In this document: positions 28,762 to 38,827 of the stretch, piece by piece
How positions within the stretch are numbered: position 1 is the stretch's first letter
How the letters are laid out: every line of letters starts with the position of its first letter
Assembly: GCA_017472255.1 (NCBI GenBank)
Contig: JAFUQU010000014.1
Location: 357,845-421,844 of the forward strand
From: Clostridia bacterium
GTDB taxonomy: Bacteria > Bacillota > Clostridia > Oscillospirales > CAG-272
Length of the DNA stretch: 64,000 nt
Direction of reading: 5' to 3'
Made by a program: the position numbers and the translations under genes
Notes under the pieces: model-generated
Seen by the model: only the letters and a program-made list of their open reading frames with translations
Databases searched by the model: none
Told to the model about the DNA's origin: nothing

Positions 28762-30117
28762 ATGAACATACTGATTCTCAACGGCAGCCCCAAGGGACAG
28801 TACAGCATCACGCTCCAGACGGTGAATTACCTGATGCTTCTGCATCCCAAGCACAGGTGGGAGGTGCTGCACGTTGGACGCCGCATCAAATCGCTGGCGA
28901 AGGATTTCACCCCTGCGGTCGAAGCGGTGAAGCGGGCGGATCTGCTGCTGTTCGCCTATCCGGTTTACACCTTCCTCGCGCCCAGTCAGCTGCACCGCTT
29001 CATTGAACTGCTGAAAGCGGCGGGCGTTTCGGCGGAGGGCAAGTTTGCCACGCAGATCACCACCTCCAAGCATTTCTATGATGTGACCGCCCATCGATAC
29101 ATACAGGATAACTGTCAGGACATGGGAATGAAATTCATCCGCGGTCTGTCGGCGGATATGGATGATCTGCTCACCGATAAGGGTCAGGGCGAAGCGTCCG
29201 CTTTCTTTGATCATGTGCTGTGGAGCATGAAGCGGGATATTTACGAGTCTGCGCCCACTCCTCAGCCCGCCGGGGAACGTATTCCTGCCGTTGTGCCCCC
29301 GTCGGCGGAGAAAACAAAGGGCGATGTGGTCATTGTTACCGACTGCGCGCCCGAAGATGCCCAGCTTTCAGGGATGATCGAACGCTTCCGCGCTGTAATG
29401 CCCCTGAAAACCCGGGTGGTGAATCTGCGCGAATATCCCTTTGCGGGCGGATGTCTGGGCTGCTTCAACTGCGCGGTGTCCGGCGAGTGCGTGTATAAGG
29501 ATGGGTTTGATGAGTTCCTGCGGGGCAGCATCCAGACGGCGCAGGCTATCGTCTATGCCTTTACAATCCGCGATCATTCCATGGGCGCGCTGTTCAAACT
29601 CTACGACGACCGCCAGTTCTGCAACGGACACCGCACCGTCACCATGGATATGCCGGTGGGGTATCTGATCTCGGGCGATTATTCGCGGGAGTTCAACCTG
29701 CAAATGGTTGTCGAAGCTCGGGCGCAGGTGGGCGGCAACCATCTGGCGGGTGTGGCGACCGATGAGCAGAATACGGACGCTGCCGTCAACAATCTGGCGC
29801 GCAGCCTCTGCTACGCGCTGAAAAATAAATACACCCAGCCTCAGAATTTCTGGGGTGTGGGCGGCATGAAGATTTTCCGCGACCTGATCTGGGTGATGCA
29901 GGGCATGATGAAGGCGGATCACAAATTCTACAAGGAGCACGATCAATACGACTTTCCGCAGAAGCAGAAGGGAACCATCCGCAAGATGTATCTGGTGGGC
30001 GCGCTGCTGTCGGTTCCGGCGGTGAAAAAGAAGCTGGGCAACAAAATGAACGAGGGTATGCTGGCGCCCTACAAAAAGGTGCTGGACGCTGCGGAGAAAA
30101 AGCAGAATGAGCCTTGA
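28762..30117 (+). CDS. Flavodoxin-like NAD(P)H-dependent oxidoreductase with Cys-rich C-terminal domain
   Basis: N-terminal NADPH-dependent FMN reductase fold (ILILNGSPKGQYS); CLGCFNCAVSGEC motif in the middle. Confidence 0.6.
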   Translation: MNILILNGSPKGQYSITLQTVNYLMLLHPKHRWEVLHVGRRIKSLAKDFTPAVEAVKRADLLLFAYPVYTFLAPSQLHRFIELLKAAGVSAEGKFATQITTSKHFYDVTAHRYIQDNCQDMGMKFIRGLSADMDDLLTDKGQGEASAFFDHVLWSMKRDIYESAPTPQPAGERIPAVVPPSAEKTKGDVVIVTDCAPEDAQLSGMIERFRAVMPLKTRVVNLREYPFAGGCLGCFNCAVSGECVYKDGFDEFLRGSIQTAQAIVYAFTIRDHSMGALFKLYDDRQFCNGHRTVTMDMPVGYLISGDYSREFNLQMVVEARAQVGGNHLAGVATDEQNTDAAVNNLARSLCYALKNKYTQPQNFWGVGGMKIFRDLIWVMQGMMKADHKFYKEHDQYDFPQKQKGTIRKMYLVGALLSVPAVKKKLGNKMNEGMLAPYKKVLDAAEKKQNEP

Positions 30118-30142
30118 CAAATCCGCCGCCGTGTGATACAAT
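30114..30142 (+). promoter_or_regulatory. Promoter overlapping the stop codon of the preceding gene (TTGACA-17-TACAAT)
   Basis: TTGACA 30114-30119; TACAAT 30137-30142. Confidence 0.5.
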
Positions 30143-30159
30143 AATACAAACAAATACAT

Positions 30160-30237
30160 AGCCCCTGCCACCGGGTAGGGGATGAAAGCATCCGCGCACA
30201 TCGTTAGGTCTTTGAAGATGTGCGGCGGGTGCTTTTT
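30160..30237 (+). ncRNA. Candidate riboswitch-like leader (small hairpin + intrinsic terminator) upstream of a pnuC-like gene
   Basis: Hairpin cccct-gccaccgggt-agggg (30162-30180). Terminator ccgcgcacatc..gatgtgcggcgg then GTGCTTTTT (30192-30237). The gene starts at 30258. Confidence 0.4.
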
Positions 30238-30257
30238 GGCTGAAAGGGGATATTACC

Positions 30258-30938
30258 ATGCTGCAATCCATCCGTGATCTGACGCGCGGCGAGCGGCTGC
30301 TCTGGATTTGTTCCGCCGCCGCTGTAACCGCTTCCTTCCTGCTTTTCGGCAGGGAAGACTGGCTGACGCTCATTGGCTCGCTCATCGGCGTGACGGCGCT
30401 GATTTTTGTCGCCAGGGGCTATGTTCTGGGGCAGGTGCTGACCGTGGCGTTCAGCCTGTTTTACGGCGTGATTTCCTTTGGTCAGCGCTATTACGGCGAG
30501 ATGATCACCTACCTCGGCATGACCTCGCCCATTGCCATTCTGACGGTAATTTCATGGCTGCGGCATCCCTACGCGGGAACGCGGGAGGTGGAGGTGAAGC
30601 GTCTGTCCATACGGGGATGGCTGCTTCTTCTGTTGGCGGCGGGAGTGGTGACGTGGGGGTTCTACTACATCCTCGATTTCTTTGGCAACGCGAATATGCT
30701 GTTCAGCACCATATCGATTACCACCAGCTTTCTCGCCTCGGCGCTGACCCTGCTGCGCAGTCCATGGTACGCAGCGGCTTACGCTGCCAACGACCTTGTT
30801 TTGATCGTGCTGTGGATTATGGCATCGACCGGCGATACATCCTGCCTGCCCATGGTGGTTTGCTTTGCCGCATTCTTCTTCAACGATGTGTACGGCTTCA
30901 TCAGCTGGCGGCGGATGGCGGCAAGACAAAGGCGGTGA
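30258..30938 (+). CDS. PnuC-family nicotinamide riboside transporter (putative)
   Basis: 7-TM profile with Trp-rich loops resembling PnuC; 226 aa. Confidence 0.5.
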   Translation: MLQSIRDLTRGERLLWICSAAAVTASFLLFGREDWLTLIGSLIGVTALIFVARGYVLGQVLTVAFSLFYGVISFGQRYYGEMITYLGMTSPIAILTVISWLRHPYAGTREVEVKRLSIRGWLLLLLAAGVVTWGFYYILDFFGNANMLFSTISITTSFLASALTLLRSPWYAAAYAANDLVLIVLWIMASTGDTSCLPMVVCFAAFFFNDVYGFISWRRMAARQRR

Positions 30939-30973
30939 TTTTATAGGAAAATTCGGTTTCAGCACTTTTTTCT

Positions 30974-31002
30974 CTTGTCAAACCGACGCGGATGGTGTAT
31001 AA
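30974..31002 (+). promoter_or_regulatory. Near-consensus promoter (TTGTCA-17-TATAAT)
   Basis: TTGTCA 30974-30979; TATAAT 30997-31002; predicted TSS about 31009. Confidence 0.55.
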
Positions 31003-31008
31003 TATTGT

Positions 31009-31105
31009 CATGGGTATGATTCCGTGGGCGTGCAGTTGCCCTCGGCTGCGTTCGGTGTACCAAAACGCATGGAAATACCCTAATCGCGGGTTCGAATCCC
31101 GCCGA
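31009..31105 (+). ncRNA. Structured RNA element of unknown class at the 5' end of a ~430-nt leader
   Basis: P1 helix GGGUAU(GAU)UUCC 31011-31023 pairs with GGAAAUACCC 31071-31080 and encloses GC-rich hairpins. Followed by a tRNA-T-arm-like hairpin GCGGG-UUCGAAU-CCCGC 31086-31102. No terminator U-tract. Confidence 0.3.
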
Positions 31106-31445
31106 AGTCATGCACCGCGTCGTCGCTTCTGACGGTCATACGCGGCAGGCAGGCTTCGCCAGTGGTTTGGAGCTTTTGAAAAGTATTGAAAGGTTTTACA
31201 ACCACTATAATCAGTTCTGTTCCCCGTGTCCGCGCACGGGTCTGTTTCACGTCAGTGAGGCAGACTTGTGTATACCGGCAGCGCTCTGCCGGCGGGAGGA
31301 TACCGCGCCGTCAAAGCCCGGTCAGGACAACCGTTTCAGACGGCTGTCTCCGCCGTGCGGCGGCTGCGCTCAATCCCGCCGCCGCGCCATCGGTATGGAC
31401 CGGGAACGGACGTCAATTCCACTTCCAAAGGAGGTTTACCATATA

Positions 31446-32557
31446 TGAAAGAGATTATCCTTGAAAACGAACGCGGCATCCTGATTAAAAACGGACGCTA
31501 CGCCGGGCTGCTGGAGCCGGGAAAATATCGCTTTTTCGGCGATGTTACCGTGCAGAAGCTGCCCGCCGCCGGTCAGATTCTGCCGTCCCAGTGTACGCTG
31601 GAGACTCTGCTGTCCGACCCGAAGGCCGCCGTTTTTGCCGAGCCGGTGACGGTGGAGGACGGACATCTGGCGCTCCACTTTGTTGACGGCGTCTTCCGCG
31701 ATGTGCTGCGTCCCGGACGCTACGCCTTCTGGAAGATCAGCGAATCCCACAGCTTCACGATCGTCGATACCACGGAGCCGGAGATTACCGGAATTCCCGC
31801 CGGTGTGCTTGTCCGGATGCCCAGCGATCTTTACCTGCGCGTCAACGTGTTTGAATACCAGAAAGCCCGGCTGTACTACGATAACAGGCTTGTGCGGATT
31901 CTGGACGGCGGCGTTTACTATTTCTGGCGGGGCGGCGTGGATGTGGCGGCGGACATCGTGGACACCCGCGTAACCCGCATGACTGTCACCGGGCAGGAAC
32001 TGCTCACCGCCGATAAGGTAGCGCTGCGCGTGACCTTTGTCTGCAATTACCGCATCACCGATTGCGTGAAGGTGCTTACTGAAATCGATGATTTCCGGGA
32101 GCAGATTCATGTCACCGCTCAGCTGGCGCTGCGCGATTACATCGGGCGCCGCAGCCTGGACGATATTCTTGAGAATAAGGAGGAGCTTTCGGCTTATGTG
32201 GGCGGGAAGCTGTCCGAGAAAGCGCCGTCGCTTTACGTGGAAATCAGCGACGCCGGCGTGCGTGACATCATTCTTCCCGGTGAAATCCGCAGCATCATGA
32301 ACACTGTGCTGGTGGCCGAGAAGAAGGCGCAGGCCAACGTGATCACCCGCCGCGAGGAGGTGGCGTCCACCCGCTCCCTGCTGAACACCGCCAAGCTGAT
32401 GGATGAAAACAAGACCCTCTACCGTCTCAAGGAGATGGAGTACATCGAAAAGCTCTGCGAAAAGGTGGGCAACATCAATCTGAGCGGGCAGGGCGATATT
32501 CTGTCCCAGCTGGCGTCGGTGATGGGCTCGCAGAAGAAGCAGGATGATTGGATATAA
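31446..32557 (+). CDS. SPFH/band-7 (stomatin/prohibitin-like) domain protein
   Basis: C-terminal SPFH core plus coiled-coil (IRSIMNTVLVAEKKAQANVITRREEVASTRSL); RBS AAAGGAGG before ATG 31446; the upstream track ORF extension is leader. Confidence 0.65.
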
Positions 32558-32563
32558 GCAAAC

Positions 32564-32596
32564 AAATCCGACAGGGCGCGCCCTGTCGGATTTGAT
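32564..32596. terminator. Bidirectional terminator (15-bp perfect palindrome) between convergent genes
   Basis: aaatccgacagggcg|cgccctgtcggattt with T-rich flanks on both strands. Confidence 0.75.
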
Positions 32597-32600
32597 ATAT

Positions 32601-33290
32601 TCAGATAACCACCGCGCCGCCGTGGTCGGTGAGCGCGCCGTGCAGTTCGATCACTTCGCAGCCGCTTTCCGCGCAGAAGGTGCGGATGGCATCGCCGTCC
32701 GGATGACCGTTCAAACGACCATAGAAGATGATTCGCTCTCCATCCACGAAGGACGCGCCGCCGATAAAGCCGTAGGGAATACCATTCAGCAGGATGCCGT
32801 CGGGCGAAATCCGAAGCACCTGCACGCCCCGCGCTTCCATGGCGTCGGCGATGCCTCGGTCGGCGGTGACGGCACGATTGGCGTGGGGCAGCGCCAGCAC
32901 CGAGCAGCGGGTGTACCCCTGCCGCACATTTACCAGCTCCAATCCGGATTCTTCCGCCAGTCTGCGCACAGTGTCGGACAGGGCGGGGAGGTAAGCGTAC
33001 AGGCAGTCCCCGAAGAACAGCGCGTTCAGCCGCACGTCGTCCGGATAATCACCGTGCGGAGGGTCGGGGATGACCACCAGCCGCGATAACAGCGGGGCGG
33101 ACAGAACATGAACCAGCGCGCCGCTGCCGTACAGACGACCGTTCCACGGGAAAACGCAGGTGTCGGCATGGGTGCAGACCATCCGGTTCAGGCTTTCGTC
33201 CGGCGGCAGCGCACACAGATCATACCCCAGCGCCTCCAGCTCACGACCATATTCCCACGCGGCCTGTATCGATAGAATCAGATTGCGCAT
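32601..33290 (-). CDS. Hypothetical protein (no recognised domain)
   Basis: 229-aa ORF with coding-like codon usage; RBS GGAGGAG upstream of the start. Confidence 0.45.
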   Translation of the reverse strand: MRNLILSIQAAWEYGRELEALGYDLCALPPDESLNRMVCTHADTCVFPWNGRLYGSGALVHVLSAPLLSRLVVIPDPPHGDYPDDVRLNALFFGDCLYAYLPALSDTVRRLAEESGLELVNVRQGYTRCSVLALPHANRAVTADRGIADAMEARGVQVLRISPDGILLNGIPYGFIGGASFVDGERIIFYGRLNGHPDGDAIRTFCAESGCEVIELHGALTDHGGAVVI

Positions 33291-33365
33291 AAACTCCTCC
33301 TGAATACGAAAAAAGAGCCTATGTCCGGCAGACGCCGACAGGCTCTTTGTTCATGCTTGAAAGAC

Positions 33366-33554
33366 TCAGACAGTTCTGGTTACTTTGCCGGAGCGCAGGC
33401 AGCGGGAGCATACGTTGACGGTCTTGGGAGTACCGTTGACGATAGCCTTGACTCTTCTGATGTTGGGCTTCCAGGTTCTGTTGGTCTTGCGATTGGAGTG
33501 CGAGACAGCCAGACCGAAAGTCACTGCTTTGCCGCAGATTGCACACTTTGCCAT
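33366..33554 (-). CDS. rpmB: 50S ribosomal protein L28
   Basis: MAKCAICGKAVTFGLAVSHSNRKTNRTWKPNIRRVKAIVNGTPKTVNVCSRCLRSGKVTRTV; RBS AGGAGGTA; the 116-aa track ORF is an over-extension. Confidence 0.9.
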   Translation of the reverse strand: MAKCAICGKAVTFGLAVSHSNRKTNRTWKPNIRRVKAIVNGTPKTVNVCSRCLRSGKVTRTV

Positions 33555-33920
33555 TTTTCTTACCTCCTGAAAAAGCCGCGCCTGGAAAGGGGGCGTCCCG
33601 TCAGGGACTGTATACCGATTCCGTCGGACGGCGATACTGATTTCATAACTAACAACAGCTATTATACCACAAATCAATCGAAATTGCAAGATGTCCGGGC
33701 AAAAAAGTTTGCACAAATTCGTATTTTTTTCGCTTTCACCGCTTCATGCGCGTTTGCCCGGATGCTGTTTGTGAAAAAAGCATAAAAATCCCGCCCGGTT
33801 TGGGAGATAATTTCTCCGGCCGCCTGAGAAAATTTGTCGGATAATGCTTGCAAAGATCATGATTTTGTAGTAAGATATTATTATCGGAAAAATTTTATAT
33901 TTAGATAAGGAGTTATCATC

Positions 33921-35261
33921 ATGACACTTTCCATCAACGATAAATATATCAGCGACTTTCTCGCTGCCGAGGATCTGAAGGGAATCGCTCCCGCTGTCAA
34001 AATGGCGATGGGCGAGGTTCGCGCGAGAAACGGTCTGGGCAACGACTTCCTGGGCTGGGTTGACCTGCCCGTGGACTACGATAAGGAAGAGTTCGCACGC
34101 ATCAAGGTCGCTGCCGAGAAGATTCAGAAGACCTGCGACATTCTCGTGGTTATCGGTATCGGCGGTTCCTATCTGGGCGCGCGCGCTGCCATCGAGTTCG
34201 TCAAGTCCCCCTTGTACAACGAGCTGAAGAAAGACACCCCCTCCGTTTACTTCGCAGGCAACAACATCTGCTCCTCCGCGCTGGCTGAGCTGCTGGCACT
34301 CTGCGAGGGCAAGGATGTCTGCGTGAACGTTATTTCCAAGTCCGGCACCACCACCGAGCCTGCCGTCGCCTTCCGCATCTTCCGCGAGCTGCTGGAGAAG
34401 AAGTACGGCGAGGACGGCGCCCGCGAGCGTATCTTCGTCACCACCGACAAGGCGCGCGGCACCCTTAAAAAGTTCGCTACCGACAAGGGCTATGAGACCT
34501 TCGTCGTGCCGGACGATGTGGGCGGACGTTATTCCGTGCTTACCGCTGTCGGTCTGCTGCCCATCGCTGCTGCCGGCTGCGACATTGACAAGATGATGGC
34601 TGGTGCCGCTGCCGCTCGCGAGGCTTACGCTTCCGACGATCTGAACGCCAACGACGCCGCAAAGTATGCCGCTCTGCGCAACCTGATGTACAGAAAGGGC
34701 AAGACCACCGAAATTCTTGTCTCCTACGAAAGCGCCATGCTGATGATGAACGAGTGGTGGAAGCAGCTCTACGGCGAGTCCGAGGGCAAGGACAATATGG
34801 GTATTTTCCCGGCTTCCGTCATCAACTCTACCGACCTGCACTCCCTGGGTCAGTACATTCAGGAAGGTCGCCGCAACCTGTTTGAGACGGTTATCAACAT
34901 CGAAAAGTCCAACGACACCGTTGTTATCCCCAACGATCCGGCCAACATCGACGGTTTGAACTTCCTCTCCGGCGAGGAGCTGCACTCGGTCAATCAGGCT
35001 GCCATGAAGGCTACCCTGCTGGCTCATGTGGACGGCGGCGTGCCGAACATCGTGCTCAACCTGGCTGACCGCAGCGAATATTCCTTCGGCTGGCTGGTAT
35101 ACTTCTTCGAGCTGGCCTGCGCCGTTTCCGGCTACATTCTCGGCGTGAACCCCTTCAACCAGCCCGGCGTTGAGGCTTACAAGAAGAATATGTACGCGCT
35201 TCTGGGCAAGCCCGGCTATGAGGCGGAGAAGGCTGCGCTGGAAGAGCGTATGTCCAAGTAA
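33921..35261 (+). CDS. pgi: Glucose-6-phosphate isomerase
   Basis: PGI family motifs ([34 protein letters not shown]); 446 aa. Confidence 0.9.
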   Translation: MTLSINDKYISDFLAAEDLKGIAPAVKMAMGEVRARNGLGNDFLGWVDLPVDYDKEEFARIKVAAEKIQKTCDILVVIGIGGSYLGARAAIEFVKSPLYNELKKDTPSVYFAGNNICSSALAELLALCEGKDVCVNVISKSGTTTEPAVAFRIFRELLEKKYGEDGARERIFVTTDKARGTLKKFATDKGYETFVVPDDVGGRYSVLTAVGLLPIAAAGCDIDKMMAGAAAAREAYASDDLNANDAAKYAALRNLMYRKGKTTEILVSYESAMLMMNEWWKQLYGESEGKDNMGIFPASVINSTDLHSLGQYIQEGRRNLFETVINIEKSNDTVVIPNDPANIDGLNFLSGEELHSVNQAAMKATLLAHVDGGVPNIVLNLADRSEYSFGWLVYFFELACAVSGYILGVNPFNQPGVEAYKKNMYALLGKPGYEAEKAALEERMSK

Positions 35262-35334
35262 GCCAACATTATCACGCAGATTTGTACAAGATGTAAAAAC
35301 TTTGTGCAATCATGCCGTTTGTTTAGAAAACCTC

Positions 35335-35363
35335 TTGAAATTTTCCGCGTTTTAGTGTAAAAT
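35335..35363 (+). promoter_or_regulatory. Promoter (TTGAAA-17-TAAAAT)
   Basis: TTGAAA 35335-35340; TAAAAT 35358-35363. Confidence 0.5.
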
Positions 35364-35412
35364 ATAATCAGAGCAATTCCAAAACTCTATTATATCTCAG
35401 GAGGAGTTCACT

Positions 35413-35820
35413 ATGTTAAAGTTAATTATCGGCGTCAAGGGTACTGGCAAGACCAAGCAGCTCATCGAGATGGTCAACACCGCTTCCGAACAGAGCAACG
35501 GTTCCGTTGTCTGCATCGAAAAGGGCACCAAGCTCACCTACGACATCAAGCACACCGCGCGCCTGATTGATACAGAACAGTACGGCATCTGCGATGCACA
35601 GTCGCTGTTCGGCTTCATCGCCGGCATCATCGCCAGCAACCACGACATCACCAACATCTACATCGACTCGGCTCTCAAAATCTGCGATAACGATGTCGCC
35701 AGCTTCGACAAATTGGCTGACGAGGTCAACGCACTGGCCGAAAAGCATGGTCTGCAGTGTGTTATGACCCTGTCGCTGGCTGCTGATAAGGCAACCGACA
35801 CGATCAAGAAGTATCTTTGA
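35413..35820 (+). CDS. Small P-loop (Walker A GVKGTGKT) protein, function unknown
   Basis: IIGVKGTGKTKQ Walker A; hhhhD Walker-B-like IYIDSA; 135 aa. Confidence 0.45.
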   Translation: MLKLIIGVKGTGKTKQLIEMVNTASEQSNGSVVCIEKGTKLTYDIKHTARLIDTEQYGICDAQSLFGFIAGIIASNHDITNIYIDSALKICDNDVASFDKLADEVNALAEKHGLQCVMTLSLAADKATDTIKKYL

Positions 35821-35911
35821 TCGACTGTTTCCATAACCTGAAATTACACTGGAAATGCACTTGATGAAAGTGCATTTTCGGTGTAATTAGCATTGAAAGG
35901 ATTTGTCAAGT

Positions 35912-36607
35912 ATGACAAATGATGCGTATATTCCCGAGGTGCGCGGGCACCTGAAAAAGAATATCATTAAGCTCCCCGACGCGATTTCCATGGCCAGCGG
36001 CGTGAAAATTAACGGACGCATCCTGCGCTCCTTCATTTTTACCACCGATGTGGCTACCATCCGCAACAACAACGCGGACGCGGTCATCGCAATCTATCCC
36101 TTCGTTCCTCAGCCGATCATCACACAGGCGATTGTATCGGTGGCGGACGTGCCGGTCTTCTGCGGAATCGGCAGCGGCGCGGGTGCGGGCGGCATCAAGC
36201 GCGTGGTCAATCCGGCCAAGCACGCCGAATATCAGGGCGCGCAGGGCGTGGTTGTCAGCGCAAACATTTCCAATGAGGCGGTGGCGGAGACCGCTTCGGC
36301 GATTGATATCCCGGTGATTCTGACGGTTATTTCCGAGAATACGGATTTCAAAGCCAGACTGGAGGCGGGCGTGTCCATACTCAACGTATCGGGCGCGGCA
36401 AATACCCCGGCTATTATCCGCAAGATCCGCAGCGAATACCCCTATGTGCCGATTATTGCCACCGGCGGTCCCAGCGATGAAACCATCCGCCAGACCATTG
36501 AAGCCGGCGCCAATGCCATCACCTACACGCCTCCCACCAGCGGCATTCTGTCCGCTGAAAAGATTAGCAAATCCCGTGAGCTGGAAACCCGCCGCAGCGG
36601 CGAGTGA
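35912..36607 (+). CDS. TIM-barrel-like protein of unknown function (Gly-rich phosphate-binding loops)
   Basis: Alternating beta/alpha pattern; GIGSGAGAGG and IIATGGPSD loops; ATG 35912 with RBS GAAAGGA. Confidence 0.4.
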   Translation: MTNDAYIPEVRGHLKKNIIKLPDAISMASGVKINGRILRSFIFTTDVATIRNNNADAVIAIYPFVPQPIITQAIVSVADVPVFCGIGSGAGAGGIKRVVNPAKHAEYQGAQGVVVSANISNEAVAETASAIDIPVILTVISENTDFKARLEAGVSILNVSGAANTPAIIRKIRSEYPYVPIIATGGPSDETIRQTIEAGANAITYTPPTSGILSAEKISKSRELETRRSGE

Positions 36608-36700
36608 CCGCTGCTCCACCGTTATGGCGGACAGATGAGGGTTTCGCGGCAGACCGGCCATGACGGGATCGGAAATATTAAAAAATTCTGGATTTAAGCA

Positions 36701-37375
36701 ATGAAAACGATGAGAAAAATCGCAGCGCTGACGGCGGCGCTCTGCCTTGCGTCCTCGCTGCTGTGCGGATGCCGCAGCGAAAAGCAGCTGACCGAGGACT
36801 TTGAGGTGCCGAAGCAGGGCTGTGAAAATGCGATTGCGCTGGAATCGGGCGAGATTATGATCTACGCATCGGTGAAGGCGGAGAAGGATGTTCCGGTGTA
36901 TGCTACCAACAGCTCCACCGAGACCTACATCAAGTTTGTCCAGGGCGAAGCACTGGAATATGATCTGACGGCAAACACCACGATCACCTCCACCGGCGAA
37001 ACCTCCACCTTTGAGGCGACGCAGGAGATGGGCGAGCTGGTACAGCTTCAGGACGGCGTGGTGATATCGGCGGAGGAGCCGGATATTTTTGAGGGCTTCC
37101 GCATCAATTATACGACAGCCGACATTGAAAGCATCGAGGTTGTGTCTACCGGTGATGGGCTGACGCTTTACGCGGTGACTATGACCGGCGCATATGCCGA
37201 CACCTTCGATCTGGAGGCGGACGGCGTGAAGTCGGACTGCACGAAGGTACTTTACAATTATTATGTGGATGCTTCCGGTGTGACACGTACCGTGCTCAGC
37301 GAGTTTACCCGCACCGTCACCAGCGACGGCGAGTCGCAGTCGGTGACTGAGTTCACACAGACAAAAATCAACTGA
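36701..37375 (+). CDS. Lipoprotein (lipobox LLCGC)
   Basis: Signal peptide MKTMRKIAALTAALCLASSLLCGC; no known domain. Confidence 0.6.
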   Translation: MKTMRKIAALTAALCLASSLLCGCRSEKQLTEDFEVPKQGCENAIALESGEIMIYASVKAEKDVPVYATNSSTETYIKFVQGEALEYDLTANTTITSTGETSTFEATQEMGELVQLQDGVVISAEEPDIFEGFRINYTTADIESIEVVSTGDGLTLYAVTMTGAYADTFDLEADGVKSDCTKVLYNYYVDASGVTRTVLSEFTRTVTSDGESQSVTEFTQTKIN

Positions 37376-37536
37376 TTATGAGCGATGCTGTATAAGCCGT
37401 GAATACGGTCGCAGTGTCGCTTTTTCATTTATTATGGATGGTTTGCCAGAGCGTGAATTCGACAGGCATTTCCTGTGTCGAAATGTGAATCAATCTGCAT
37501 GATAATGTTGGCAGGATGTTAAATTTTCTGCACGTG

Positions 37537-37565
37537 TTGACAAATATATTTTAATATGCTATAAT
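37537..37565 (+). promoter_or_regulatory. Consensus promoter (TTGACA-17-TATAAT)
   Basis: TTGACA 37537-37542; TATAAT 37560-37565. Confidence 0.6.
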
Positions 37566-37717
37566 AAAATATGTGAGGGAGAGTTCAGCGTTTTCCACTC
37601 GCGCTTCTTTCCGAGCACGTAGGGTGTCCGTTTATGATATGAACCGACTGCATCCTCATCGGCGTTTTGACAATGGAACAGCAGGATTGTTCGTATCGCA
37701 GCCAATGGATGAGAGGT

Positions 37718-38053
37718 ATGACACGGCATATGAAAACCAATGTACCGCATAATGTTCTGACCATTTCGGAAATGACAAAACGACCCAACAAGATTTGTGC
37801 AGAGATGATCGACATCGACAATCTTGTGCTGACCGACGAACTGATCAAAAAGCTGCGCGCCAGCAAAAGTATGTTCAACAAAACTACATATGTGCAGATT
37901 CTCTGCGGCGGCATTCGCTACAACGTGGAGGGTGTGGACCGCATGAAGAACGGAAAGTACCGAATCACACTGATCTCACCGCAGTTCTATGCAACGCTCT
38001 ACGGTCTGATGAATCAGAGCGTGCATCTTGCAAAGCTGCAGGCAATATCATGA
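37718..38053 (+). CDS. Hypothetical small protein upstream of an ABC transporter pair
   Basis: RBS GAGAGG then ATG 37718; the track ORF begins with a TTG alternative start at 37667. Confidence 0.4.
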   Translation: MTRHMKTNVPHNVLTISEMTKRPNKICAEMIDIDNLVLTDELIKKLRASKSMFNKTTYVQILCGGIRYNVEGVDRMKNGKYRITLISPQFYATLYGLMNQSVHLAKLQAIS

Positions 38054-38110
38054 AATACAGGAGGTGTCGTTGTTTCGGCACCTCCTTTTCACAAAAAGGA
38101 GATTAAGCAA

Positions 38111-38827
38111 ATGGACGATATGACAAACGAGCTTCCACTGCTGGAGTTCCGTAATGTTGTGAAAAACTACGGCTCAAAGCGGGTGCTCGATGACATCAGC
38201 TTTACCATTGGACGGGGCGGCATTGTGGGACTGCTCGGCCCCAACGGCAGCGGCAAAACCACAATCATCAAGCTGATCAACGGTCTGCTGGTGCCCAATA
38301 TGGGAGAAATTCTCATCAATGGTATGCCGCCTTCAAAGGATACGGCGGTCATTGTCTCCTATCTGCCCGAGCGCAATTATCTGCCTGATGCCAGCCGGGT
38401 CTGCGATCTGGTGGACTTTTTCGCCGACTTCTACCGGGATTTCGACCGGGTAAAGGCGAGTGAAATGCTGACCCGCCTGCACATCAATCCCAAGGATCGG
38501 ATGCGCACGCTGTCCAAGGGTACGAAGGAAAAGGTGCAGCTGATTCTGGTTATGAGCCGGCGGGCGCTGCTCTATGTGCTGGACGAACCCATCGGCGGCG
38601 TGGATCCCGCCGCGCGGGACTATATTCTGGAGACGATTTTGCAGAATTACAACGAGAGCGGCTCCATCCTTATCTCCACCCACCTGATCAACGATATCGA
38701 GAAGGTGCTGGATGACGTAATCTTCCTGTCGGAGGGCAAAGCGGCGCTCTGCGCGTCGGTGGCGTCCATCCGCGAGAAGCACAACATGACGGTGGATGAG
38801 CTGTTCCGGGAGGTGTACAGATGTTAG
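38111..38827 (+). CDS. ABC transporter ATP-binding protein (ABC-2 subfamily; paralogous to 10380-11090)
   Basis: Walker A GPNGSGKTT, signature LSKGTKEKV, Walker B LYVLDEP. Confidence 0.85.
   Translation: MDDMTNELPLLEFRNVVKNYGSKRVLDDISFTIGRGGIVGLLGPNGSGKTTIIKLINGLLVPNMGEILINGMPPSKDTAVIVSYLPERNYLPDASRVCDLVDFFADFYRDFDRVKASEMLTRLHINPKDRMRTLSKGTKEKVQLILVMSRRALLYVLDEPIGGVDPAARDYILETILQNYNESGSILISTHLINDIEKVLDDVIFLSEGKAALCASVASIREKHNMTVDELFREVYRC

Noticed and set aside
31086-31110. tRNA-like T-arm (GCGGG-TTCGAAT-CCCGC followed by a 7-nt 3' strand)
   Set aside because: No complementary 5' acceptor strand (GACTTCG or a G-U variant) and no D or anticodon arms within 100 nt upstream, on either strand. 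Treated as part of an unknown structured RNA, not a tRNA.
31110-31448. 112-aa and longer ORFs inside the SPFH leader (31110-31448, 31268 onward)
   Set aside because: No RBS, Arg/Pro/Cys-rich low-complexity translation, and the SPFH domain protein has its own strong RBS at 31432-31439. Treated as 5' UTR.
33555-33716. 116-aa extended ORF covering rpmB
   Set aside because: L28 is about 62 aa and begins MAKCAICGK, with RBS AGGAGGTA immediately upstream. The extension is a non-coding leader.
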